The notes below the pieces were generated by a model. The model had not been told where the DNA came from. It saw nothing but the letters and a program-made list of their open reading frames with translations, and made no database searches. From Nemertoderma westbladi (lineage: Eukaryota > Animalia > Xenacoelomorpha): a stretch of 64,000 nucleotides of DNA. Within the stretch, counting starts at the first letter, position 1. Every line of letters starts with the position of its first letter. The translations under genes were made by a program, and so were the position numbers. The stretch is from the NCBI GenBank assembly GCA_032718475.1, contig JAUCBJ010006915.1:112088-176087 (forward strand), written 5' to 3'. Below, piece after piece: positions 50,701 to 60,816 of this stretch.

Positions 50701-51822
50701 TGTAATTTTACTAAACGGAGCTTGTCTTAATATAGATACGGGGGTGCGTTTGTTGTCGTTATTCCAACATAGTAAATTAATTATATATTTTGAATTTTGT
50801 TTTTCAAAAAGTTTAATAGCTAGCTTCCACTCTGTTGGATAATCTTTGTTCCCATTGTCAAAAATGAAATGACTCATATAATTTTTGTACTGCGAAGTAC
50901 GATCTTTGTGATCTTTCACTTTGCTACTAAATTTTGCGGATATAATTGCCCATTTAAAACAGTTATTATCAGCTGATTGTATATTTATAACACATCGTTT
51001 AACTGATAAAGCCTTAGGTAATTCCATATATCCATGCCCCTTATATAGTAACGAGCTACACTTAGATTCAGCTAATTTAATTTCAACCCTTAATAAAGAT
51101 TTAATACGCCACCCCGAACCACGTGTGTTAAAGATGGCTATTTTTTGTAATATATTTTCCAAAACATACTCATACCATGCGTCAAAACTTTGCGGTGAAT
51201 CTACAGTATTAATAGCACCACCGGAAGAATTAAAATAAAAGGTTTCCAATTGTTCACCTTGTGAAAAATGTGATCTGTACATTAATACATTTAGACCTAA
51301 CCACAGTCTAAGAACATTCATATCTTTCAATCTGTCTAATATTAACTGAAGAATATTACCTCGAATTTGCGTTAATGCTGTTTCTACATCGGGATAATCT
51401 CTAGAAGTTGGGAGGTCGTGGACATAAATTTCAAGACGATTATCGTGAGCTTCTTGTTCCCACGTAAAAATTGTTGCGCATGTACCAAGAGCCACCCTTA
51501 AGTTTTTTCTGGATATTATATTTTTATGTTGCGGACATTTACGCTTTCTTGTGTAGTAACATTTCAAGTGACAGTCGTGTCGTAGATAATCGTCATATGT
51601 ATACTCTTTATTACAGGTAGAACAAGTCAATTGATAGGCACGGAACTGCATTTCTTTACAACCAGTAGTCGTTTCATGTCGTTTACAAATTTCGCTCCAT
51701 GAAGTCACGACATGACACTTTAAACAAGAATAACTTTCAAAATGTGACCGTAGATGGCGTAAGTAATTATGTCTAGTTACATTCATATGACAGAATGAAC
51801 AACATATTGTTATTTTATCCAT
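47767..51822 (-). CDS. Protein-primed family B DNA polymerase, Polinton/Maverick type, with N-terminal zinc fingers and an EndoVII-like zinc insertion
   Basis: 1351-aa intact intronless ORF; GSGW and CFKWAI N-terminal motifs; Exo I YFDIE, Exo II HNSNNYD, Exo III YLKLD; RKGVFPYEY; IRGG; Pol A DFNSLY, Pol B KLLNNSLFGK, Pol C SDTDS; RPKLYS, AKGI, FDDK; CFYC...RHHSHITGKYIAAACNSCN insertion. Confidence 0.95.
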   Translation of the reverse strand: MDKITICCSFCHMNVTRHNYLRHLRSHFESYSCLKCHVVTSWSEICKRHETTTGCKEMQFRAYQLTCSTCNKEYTYDDYLRHDCHLKCYYTRKRKCPQHKNIISRKNLRVALGTCATIFTWEQEAHDNRLEIYVHDLPTSRDYPDVETALTQIRGNILQLILDRLKDMNVLRLWLGLNVLMYRSHFSQGEQLETFYFNSSGGAINTVDSPQSFDAWYEYVLENILQKIAIFNTRGSGWRIKSLLRVEIKLAESKCSSLLYKGHGYMELPKALSVKRCVINIQSADNNCFKWAIISAKFSSKVKDHKDRTSQYKNYMSHFIFDNGNKDYPTEWKLAIKLFEKQNSKYIINLLCWNNDNKRTPVSILRQAPFSKITPDKQLLNILLVVKNNNVPKQNHYVSITNLNRLLNMRALHIQNRKYCERCLAHFFRAEVLHQHRLACYQGRSQRETLPKKRTHISFTNLDRTLSPLFVTYFDIECILQPSVNNQIIQEHIPCAVSYLIVPNTELINPPKCHLKTFVKTNNNNCIQDFLDSLYTDITELCCWSDIYTHKTMLFTNIDFVNFEQAKFCFYCNVTLNNKVGKNRHHSHITGKYIAAACNSCNRSLSVKRYLYVLCGHNSNNYDIHCILQSGFRDKKYTDWDIKVIPRNTERYISLSAFIPIKNTSKKIELRFLDTYQFLSFSLSNLVECSTKDVASHDISSILPITLQEMKYFYPNLNNSTIKRKGVFPYEYLTDINKFNDTGLPSINNFFSNLSQKTCTIEDYRFAGISWVEFDCVNLKDYLLAYLKLDVCLLADIFENFRNVCKQNYDLEVVFYCSIVSFTYDCALKYNKCKIELIKDYQTYRDFEKSIRGGVSFCRKHYIESNIPGTSTYDSTKEECHIFNIDFNSLYSGNLSKKLPTSQFKEVSIKHLENAIPEKLIEYLGDLDIEGSTGYFLICDLNYPKAIHDQTLQLPLAPEHLSINESMLSPYMREQFNNLSIQRGTSRKYRMPIPKLMLTQFDKEFYHLHLKLLKFYIKHGLIVTKLHKLYSFQQEFVFKNYIDFNINQRRLAKSYIETAVAKLLNNSLFGKSIEKIRDRCNFRIANSNDKCDQLVNRINHEQFIIYNNTLSGHLLVKDSVTLDKPIFIGSAVLDLAKLDMYQLYYDKLLPIKKELNCRIEIAASDTDSLIGCYYNTSQNNFLKALIKNNILDTSNYPKDHPLYSDKNKSRLYYCKDELASREIKQAVFLRPKLYSILEWNNKNIRRAKGITRAVVETNITHEEYLKAYNSNEEIKKNIHRFQSKLHRIYTLKQNKFALSSFDDKLYWLNKNQSLPWGHYKTNLKKPIKISNIPIYEEPKDDGVDDELSNSK

Positions 51823-52011
51823 GTTGAAGTTTGTTTAGATAAATAATAATAATAATAATAATAAAATATCTCCAAAGATTAAAATAAAATGAAATGAAAT
51901 GTTATTGACTACATCTAAACATTTATATGCTAGCGAGGGAAATAATTTTAAACCAATCACCAATCGCTTATGACTATTGGAAACCGCAAAGAGTTTAACT
52001 TATGATTAGGC

Positions 52012-53076
52012 TTACATGTTAGGATAATAATCTGGTTTCCATGGAGAATTAGTAACAGGCTCTACTAGAACTGGGTTACTGACGATTTTCTGTTTCTTTG
52101 CAGGTGATGCGTTGGTAAATTTACTCGATGATCTTGGCTTCCGAGGTAATATTTCAGGAAAGACCTGTTGCGGTTGAGAGCAACTCTCTTCAACATCTGG
52201 ATTAGGTGATGGGATCTCTACGAACGCTTTAGGTTTATCCAAAAGGACAAAGCCGTCAACGTGGGCTTCAGTAAGAGAAACGCCATCCAGCGATTCTTTG
52301 AGAAAACTAATATGAGCTTTATCATTCATGTAATGCAACTCGATAGAATTTCCGCCGGCACCTACTTCAGTAGAATTATCGGTGTTGGTGATAATAATTT
52401 TTTTATTATTGGTTTTAATCATTTTGAGACGGTCTGATAATTGAATGATATTTTTATCAAAAAGATGCTTGTCTGTTTCAGCGACTTGGTTGTCCCACTC
52501 TCGCAGCAAAACAGTTAGTTCCTGTTTTGACAAATTGAAACCTGTATAATAGTTAAAACCAACACTATCAGTGTATCTGAGGCTGATTTTCCATAAGCCA
52601 ACATAGTTGGTTCCTTTAAAAGCTGTTACAAATCCAATAAAGTCTGGATTTGATAATTCAATGTAGAATTGATCGCTAATAATCTCTAGCGGTGGAGAGA
52701 GAAATTGCAATAATTTCCCTCTGTATTGAATTAGAACTTCAGTAAAAGCTTTGTTGAGAACTTTACATTTGCCTTGTTTCTGAACGTAAACATCACCCGA
52801 TGTGGGGTTGATGGAAATATTCAAATTTCCCCGCGCAAAACGAGGAGTTGGATATATCCTACCTGGTATAATTGCTGGTCTGGATTGATGTTGGTTGTTG
52901 TTGGTTGTTTCTAGAATGTCTAACAAATAGCGGGTATCTTGATGGGAAAAACAAATCGATTCGTTGTCATCCTGAGATTCCACAATAAAATACTTGCTGT
53001 GAACGACGGTACAAGTATATTTATTGTAAGTAAATTTCCAGCTATTTGTTGCTCCGGTTTTTTGCGTTAAGGCCAT
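52012..53076 (-). CDS. PC4-like (putative ssDNA-binding) protein co-oriented with pPolB
   Basis: 354-aa ATG ORF; FVTAFKGTNYVGLWK...GFNLSKQELTVL resembles the PC4/Sub1 pattern (V..FKG...IDIR...GISL..EQW..L); C-terminal NLS-like SPAKKQK. The ORF is solid; the domain call is by eye. Confidence 0.6.
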   Translation of the reverse strand: MALTQKTGATNSWKFTYNKYTCTVVHSKYFIVESQDDNESICFSHQDTRYLLDILETTNNNQHQSRPAIIPGRIYPTPRFARGNLNISINPTSGDVYVQKQGKCKVLNKAFTEVLIQYRGKLLQFLSPPLEIISDQFYIELSNPDFIGFVTAFKGTNYVGLWKISLRYTDSVGFNYYTGFNLSKQELTVLLREWDNQVAETDKHLFDKNIIQLSDRLKMIKTNNKKIIITNTDNSTEVGAGGNSIELHYMNDKAHISFLKESLDGVSLTEAHVDGFVLLDKPKAFVEIPSPNPDVEESCSQPQQVFPEILPRKPRSSSKFTNASPAKKQKIVSNPVLVEPVTNSPWKPDYYPNM

Positions 53077-53136
53077 AATAATAATAATAATAAATACGAA
53101 AAATATTACAAGTGATAAATTTTAAACCGTATCGCT

Positions 53137-53638
53137 GTAATAAATTGACACCATAGTTCTCACTCTAAAATTGTGTTTGGATGTAAGGAAGAATTTATAG
53201 TATCGATGAATATATTAATAAAAGACGACACCGCGAAGATTATTTAAGAGCATATTACGATAACGAAGAAATTTCAAAAGAAACGCCTCAATTTCAGAGT
53301 CAATTACACAAAGTGTACACAGTAGCATGATATAAGTTTTGAAATTGAGGCGTTTCTTTTGAAATTTCTTGGTTATCCGTATATGCTCTTAAATAATCTT
53401 TGAGGTGTCGTCGTTTGATTAATATATTCATCGATACTAAAAATTCTCCCGCACATCCAAACGAGATTTCCTTTGAGTTACATAATTACGATTAGAAACC
53501 CAATGCGGGAATCAGTAACATTTATTCGAGTGTATGATTTTTCCGATCAACAAGTAAGATAATGAAGAAATTATTAAGGAAATAACATAATTTTCAGAGT
53601 GAGAACAAAAAAAATTAGATATGGTATCAATATATTAC
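53137..53638. repeat. Long imperfect inverted repeat made of pPolB-like coding fragments
   Basis: Inner arms about 53175-53297 and 53340-53462 with a loop of about 40 nt; outer arms about 53137-53172 and 53588-53638; plus frame 53187-53330 translates to a pPolB C-terminus-like peptide. Confidence 0.88.
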
Positions 53639-54719
53639 CATGAAGATTACTACAAGTGATGAATTTTATTAAAAGCATTCAGTTATATATGTATAAATTT
53701 GCGATGTGGCATAGTCAACGAAGAAGAGATGGTACGTGTCATAATCATCAACGAATAAGAAAAGAGATGAGCTGCAACGTGGATGAATGGTTGGTTGCCT
53801 GAATAGGAAATATGTGAAAGAATATGAATCATAGGGTTGTGTGTAATAATCAATAATTATTATAATAAAAACGCACAGTATATAATGTTAGTGGTGGTGG
53901 TAGCCTTTCAATATGGCACAGATGCTGCGGGATTGGTTAGGTTGAGTAACTATGGAAATATTCGTATACGTGTAGCTAGAACGTGGCGGAATTTCAACAC
54001 GTATCATAATAGCGTTGGGGTAGGCAGGCCGCTCGGTTGGTTGGATTGGCGACAGCCGTCGAGGAGTAGCCGTGGTGAGTTGGCAATCGATTCGATATAA
54101 TAGCGTAGTGGGGGCTAGCCATGCGATGAGAAGTTAGGTTACGCGAAGATGAATATGCGATGGTTGGTTGATGCAACGACGCGAATCAATACTCGCGGGT
54201 GGTAACAGTTGTCGAGTAAGGCAGGCATCGCGAGGTTAGGCTACGTGTAGGTGATAAGCAACGATTGGTTGAAGGCAACAATACTGTTGGTGACAGATGG
54301 TCATTAAACACCACGATTTAGCACCGGAATTTGGCATTTTTAATAGCCCTCTGAGATGCAGCCCGTAGCCCAGGCTAGGGAGGAGTTGCGTGAGAACTAT
54401 GCTTCTCCTACTACTAGCGTATACAATTGTCCAACCTTTCTCTGATGCGAGGGTTATAGCAGACACATTTGGCTCCGGACCAGTCCCCCTTCTCCCTGGC
54501 TTGATGAGAGTTTAGCATATAGCCACGATACTTCGGTACCGCTGGTAGTTGCGAACTCGTGTCTCGCCACAAAGGGATCGATCAGGGACTGCGTTGCGGT
54601 GTGTGGCTGTCTGATTCGGGAGGTGATGTCCGCCTACCCCCGTTGCATTGATATATTCAAACTCGCACCTCGTTATGTTAAAACACCCTCTTCCGATAAA
54701 CGAGGTTCTCGCGGACAGC

Positions 54720-55690
54720 ATTCGGAGATGATGGATACAATGACGGCTGATTTCTCTGGTGAATCTACCGAACTCACTCAGAGTATGTCGCCCCATAAGG
54801 ACGGGAGGAGGAAGAGCGGACAGAGCTTGAACGATTGAACGACGAACGCGAATTAGCTTCTTTGGTCCAACCCGCGGTCCAGACTTTAATAGATGGGTTC
54901 CAAAGTAAAGCACGTATTCACACATGTGGGTCGTAATGCGTTTTCGGTGTCGTTTACAGTCAAACCCAACCGATACCTTTTGACACCGACATCTTCAACC
55001 CCAATTTAGTTGTGGATGCTCCGATGTTGTAAACTCACGTCGCAGAGCCCATATGCGACAATACTGATGAATGGATTATCGCTCCTCCCGGTCGAGCTGA
55101 TTAAATAAAGACTTTAATCTGGGATAATTACCTCGAAAGACGTCCTCCCCATTCCCCGTGCTTTGGGACTTAGAACCACCCGGATTTCGTCTTTATCGGT
55201 CAACATTGTGTAATGAAACCCCAGCATCCCGCCTGCAGCGTGGATTTTCTATCTCTGGTTAATCCCCTCGATGATACCGAAATCGAGCCCGTGCAGAAGC
55301 ATTTCGACTATACAATCAAGTCAAATGAATACCTTTCGACTCGACCCATAGGGACGACGAAACATCCCTTCTGAAATATATCCGATTGTGGGATCACTTC
55401 GCAAATTTACAACGGATTGCGCAATCATGTTATGTAAAGTTATTGTGCCATTCTGTTCCCACATCAATCGTGGTTAGCGAACTTCAACCGGGAACATCTA
55501 CTGGTAGACGACCAACCGTACGAACTGTCGCACCCCCTTCTGACTCTTTGGAACTTCATCCTTCTGCTGCTAAGGGGCTACAAGTGCAAGGTTCTCCGCC
55601 TCCGGTACCTGGTAATGGCTCCCCACCACCGAAACGTCGCAAGCAACCCCCAAAGAGGAAAAGGAGCCGGAAACAAACGTTAAATTATCT
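54720..55690 (+). pseudogene. Decayed ORF of unrecognised family (paralogue of 62810-64000)
   Basis: Long frame with scattered stops (DERELASLVQPAVQTLIDGFQ...CVFGVV...PPHS...), continuing after a frameshift to PSDSLELHPS and a basic tail PPKRRKQPPKRKRSRK. Confidence 0.45.
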
Positions 55691-57127
55691 GGTTACTTTT
55701 TATTATGGCTATTCTACTTTATATGACTTATATTCATACTTTATATAATACGTAAAATAAGTAAGTGGTGTCCCCAATAATTCATTTAGCTTATTTGTTC
55801 ACGAGCTGAGACATTTTATATGTATTATATATACTCTTTAGCACTACAGTTTGCTTATTTAGAAGTGATAGATATTCACTAATCTACTCGATTCAATTTT
55901 GTTCACGAGTTGAGACATTTTGTATATGCTGGTTACGTGTGTTCTATATACTTTGAGTTTGATATTGTTAATTGAACTATTTACTTACTTGACCTTCTCT
56001 TATGTACGATTTGAACTCCTACTTTCGTTTTTACCACCCTGATGGCTAAATGAATGAAAGCGGTGTTGCTGCACCTGCGAACTTAGCCTTTTAGATTACA
56101 TATTTTACTAATTTTAAGCTCAAAACACCATTTTTCATTGATAAAGTTGGTTACGATATAATATCGACTGTTTCAGTTAAGCAATGCTTTACTGCTGAGG
56201 GTTTTAACGCCATCTAGTGCCATTATACGCATATTCTACCTCCCATTATTGGCTGTATCATTCTATTACGGTTAATTTAATATATATGAGCTTGGTTGGT
56301 TGGATGCTGGCTCACTGTATACATGTTACGCTGCAGTGGAATTACCCCTCCCATGCAGGGCTTTAATCAGCTAGTCAGGTTTTAATGACTGGGAAATATT
56401 TCATGTCCTGGTTTAATGTCTAAGTCTAATTGTTAATAATTGAATTATATTTACATATGTTGTATCTTATATTCTGCTGTTAAATTCAATTTGCTGTCAT
56501 TGTTTGCTTAATATAACGCCGATATTACGGAATCAAGAAAGTTTTACACGCGCCACAACAGGTGGGTCACTATAATTAAGTATTAGTGATAATCTGGACA
56601 ATTGCATCAGATTTGTGTGTTGTCATACCTCAGACTTTCTAAATAATTAATATATGGCGATATTTCAGACCATTATTGTAAGCAAAGCTCTTATCATTAA
56701 TTATATCACGATTGAGAGTTGTCACAAATTAAATACTGTAGCGATATCAATATAATTAGACCAAAGACAAGTTACAATACGTTTCCTTTTAAGGGAAACG
56801 CAGTTGCCAGACTTGAGTCCTTACATAATTAATTAGTCAGTCATTTGCTTGTTATACTGTGTTGCCACACCCTCCCGGTATCGTATCTCAGTTAAATACA
56901 ATATATAATCAAATACCGTACCGAACTAAATAAAATATAGAGCAAATCAATACATAAAGGGAAAAAGGGGTAGAATAAACAGATACATTGAGCGGCCCTT
57001 CGTTGAAGGTATGCTAGCGCACTCCGTTCTTTGTATCAGACTAGACGGTTAAAGCTTATCTGCATGTATTTACAGCATAATCTGTACAAGGTCACAATAT
57101 GAAATTGAGATTGAAAGAACATATTCT

Positions 57128-58320
57128 TTGTCAAATGCGCTAACAGGGGTTATACGCGCCATTCACTTTGAGTTAGTTCCTAGTTTACATGTCAGTAGTT
57201 TCATTCAAGCATTTCGACACTTCATTGGTAGACGAGGCATTCCATTAGTAATTTTTAGTGACAATGCCTCAACATTTAAATGTTCATCGTCTGAACTTCG
57301 CATTTACAATAAGTTCCTTAACCACGATTTGGTTAAACGTGAGTTTGGTGACTTAAGTGTCACTTGGCTGTTTAACATTGCCAGATATCCATAAGCTTAT
57401 GGCTTTATTGACAGATGTGTAGGTCTCATCAAATCCAACCTCAGCAAAGTGATGGGTAGAGCCACTCTGCAACACGACGAAATGCAAACACTGTTAATAT
57501 CTTGCGAGGCTGCTGTTAACAGTCGCCCATTGACTTTCGTATCATCTAACAATGATGAAAACTACAATCTACTTACTCCTAGTCACTTTCTCGTGGGCCA
57601 TAGACTATGTGCTATTCCAACATCATCAGCACGTGCAGATAATTTAGAGTTGTCCAGAACAAACCTTATCAATCATTTACGTTACCAAGAGAAAGCAGCC
57701 AACTTATTGTGGGATAATTTGAAAAATGATAGACATCGCCATCAGGAACGTAAATCGTCATCCTTTGTGAGTCCTATCGTAGGGGAAATTTCCTTATTGC
57801 ACGATCAGAAACTACCTAGATGTCTCTGGAAGTTATGTCGCATTAATAAGTTAATTACAAGTAGAGATGGGGAGGTTCGCGCAGTTCAAGTATCTGTTGC
57901 AAATCGTGGACGACAAGCAACAATTCTTACAAGATCCGTTCAACATATTATATCATTAGAGATTCAATCCGATGAGATTGACCCCATTCTCATAAAAGAT
58001 GCTTGCAAACGGGATTCAAAATTAAAAAAAAGGTAAGTTGTAAAAGTGACAAAATAAGTGACATAGTTGACTCTTCCAATGACAAACTTGACACAAAAGT
58101 ATACAACACAGACGTACTAGCCACACCTCCTTCAGTCGCTAGTACTCATACTGTACCACGAGTCTTACAGCACACTGACACATTATCCTATCACAATGAT
58201 GATAGCAACAGCAGTCAAAATAAACCATCTAGATTACCGCGTGCTGCTAAGTCACATATTGTGCATGGTCATTACAAAATGGGAAAATAAATTCCCGTTT
58301 TGTTCGGTTGTGGAGGATTT
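57128..58320 (+). pseudogene. BEL/Pao LTR retrotransposon integrase 3' relic
   Basis: RAIHFELV..SFIQAFRHFIGRRGIP..SDNASTF, AVNSRPLT, LLTPSHFL, PRCLWKL, SRDGEVR..RSVQHI; interrupted by stop/frameshift; purine tract TGGAGGA then TGTTAG at about 58320 may start a 3' LTR. Confidence 0.88.
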
Positions 58321-59500
58321 GTTAGTGTACAAATATTAAATTCATTATTATGAAACTGTAAATCTAATAATTGAAGGATTATGATAATACTTACGATGTT
58401 GTTACACCCAGTCCAACACTGAATCTAACAGAAAGTTGTTATTTTTTATCTGGATTACTGTATTCAAGATGATTTGTCATTATTTGTAATGTTATCCAAC
58501 ATTATTTAGGATCATATTTTTTAAGCCGCACCACTCAAGGGTACATTATTTTTAGAAAGTTTAAATGTGCATTTAATTTTGTTGTAATTTTCTTTGTCTA
58601 TCTGTAGATAGCCAAGAGGGGATTGGAGTGTATTTCGTATTATTATATTATTGACTCTGTAGGATATACATTATTGACTCTAGTTATTGGTATTTCCCTG
58701 ATTTACACACCCCTGGCATTAGTTTGTATAATTGCTTTGGTGTTACACAGCTGTATTGCTTTTCATGTGGCCTATATTGTAGGTGAAGGTTGTTTGTGAT
58801 ATTCTATCCATTATTATACATTGAGATACTTTTAGTTTTTACATATTTTTCTTTATTGCATTTAGAGACCATCATGGGTCCATTACACCATGATATCGAG
58901 CTTCGAAACGATCTATAGCGGACAAATCGTACCCTGCTCAAGATCTTATTGATCTATCTCTCGCGTCGAGTTCGAGGTCTTCTTGAGCATTCGTCAACTC
59001 GCGCGATCTGCGATTGAGATTGAACTGTAACCCGTCCGTCCGTCCGTCCGTCATTTTCTTGACACCCCCCTTGCGATTTCTTTATTTATTTATTTTCTTC
59101 CCAGTGCGGATTTTCCCTATGCACCATAAAGTACACTGGGTTCAATGTTTTACAATATCACCCAATAAATATATTGTAAAAAGCCTTCTATAGTAAAGTA
59201 AATGTTCACCTACACCAATATTTACTACACAACCTCATATACATTATACAAATACCAGTAACATAGTTTATAGCTATTAGTTGTGATAATCCAATTGGCT
59301 CTTGGAATTCAATCTGCAAAACAAACAAGAGAATTGTTAAAAGAAATAATATAATATCATTAAACTTACCATTATTAAGGCATTGTTTACTCAGTTGCTT
59401 AAAAATTAATTGAAATACAATGAAATATAAAAGTTAGATGCCAATGCTACACTATTGAAATTATTAGAAGACCGATAGTACTTCTTACTGTAAAAGTATT

Positions 59501-59730
59501 CTCTATCTATCTATCTATCTATGTATCGGGTGAACTCATCCGAAGCTTTAGCTCGTCCGTCAATGAAAGTTATATCAATCGACGCAGCTCAATCCCAGGA
59601 TGTGGAAAAAAAGTTTCGAAAAAAATTATTAAAGTGTATTTATTTTATTTCAAAAAATAGCCCCATAACACAAAAATTGCCATCAATTCAACGATAGAAA
59701 CACCAGCTGCTGGTGCTCAGGAGGACCTAG
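59501..59730 (+). mobile_element. Short non-autonomous Helitron-like element
   Basis: 5' (TCTA)n; 3' hairpin CACCAG-CTG-CTGGTG, 11 nt, then CTAG followed by T. Confidence 0.45.
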
Positions 59731-60156
59731 TAAGCTACTACTATTGATTGAATGGATAGGCCCAAACTACACAGAAGTATATTACTTGCTAAATTTATTA
59801 CTCTCTCACTCTATCCCAGACAGTAATCAAACATCAACTGTTAGTTTGTATAATGTTTACCCCGCCAGCTGAATAACTCTTCCCAGTGAATCAATTGGGA
59901 TTATCTATAAGGTTACTACTACTCACTGCTATGTTAGACGTGGGAGGCCAGCTGATGAGAATTGATTGATTTTAATCACTGGGCCGTTCAAATGCTTTAC
60001 AGGTTAACAATAATGACATTTAGGGGCTGGGATTACTCTCTATCAGACTGTAACCAAAGCTGTTCAATGGGGAGGGACCCAACTACATTACGTTCATCTT
60101 ATTATAGCCAGCTTGCTGGTTTATCTAGTTTAGTAATTAATACAACTTACAGTTAA

Positions 60157-60816
60157 TCATTCAATCCCAATATACATTTCAATACGATTAGCATGAACTG
60201 CTGGTGGATTGATATGTTTAAAGAGCGGTTCATACCAGAGTATGGACCAAAAATCTCCATTCAAGTTGCTGAGCGGGCAATAGCCGGTCGACTTATACCA
60301 CCACCCTCCTGTAAGGTCCACTGTATAGCAGTTGGTATGGGACTGGGAAACTTCCCGGGTGTCTTTGGTGGAGAATGGCACAAGGTTAAGGTCAGACAAT
60401 GCATCCTGGATAGTGCCATGGTAACCGGATACATGTAGGTGATAATCAGTTTCAGCTGAACCAAGAGAGAACTTGCTGTATTCGACGTATCGGTATTCGT
60501 TGATGAAATATTCCGTTTCCCCCGAGGTTATATTTTTTGCAGCTCCTGAGAACCACATATTTATTCTCAACCTAACCCCCCCAGTACCTTCTATGAGGTT
60601 GTAGAGCGTTTCGAGACCAATCCAGAAATTTGTACGAATATCTCCAAATCCATCAACATATTCGTTCCAGTTTCGGTCGAATGAAATCAATTCATTTCTC
60701 CTCTGTTGAATCTTTATCATCTTTTCCGAAAGTCTCGCTGAGGCCAGAGCAGCTAAGGTCCGCCCCGTTTTAAACGATAGCAACACTCCCTTATAGAGTT
60801 CCAACGCCGCCTTTGC
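60157..60816 (-). CDS. Fibrinogen C-terminal domain (FReD) protein, terminal coding exon
   Basis: IQQRR..SFDRNWNEYVDGFG..FWIGLE, YSKFSLG..YHLHVSGYHG..DAL, FSTKD, GGWWY..C..SNLNG; T-tract plus TACAG acceptor at 60817-60836 on the minus strand. Confidence 0.85.
   Translation of the reverse strand, partial: AKAALELYKGVLLSFKTGRTLAALASARLSEKMIKIQQRRNELISFDRNWNEYVDGFGDIRTNFWIGLETLYNLIEGTGGVRLRINMWFSGAAKNITSGETEYFINEYRYVEYSKFSLGSAETDYHLHVSGYHGTIQDALSDLNLVPFSTKDTREVSQSHTNCYTVDLTGGWWYKSTGYCPLSNLNGDFWSILWYEPLFKHINPPAVHANRIEMYIGIE

Noticed and set aside
47767-51822. Host replicative polymerase, casposon or bacterial/phage contamination
   Set aside because: Motif layout is the Polinton-type protein-primed PolB; no cas1; embedded among animal-type transposons.
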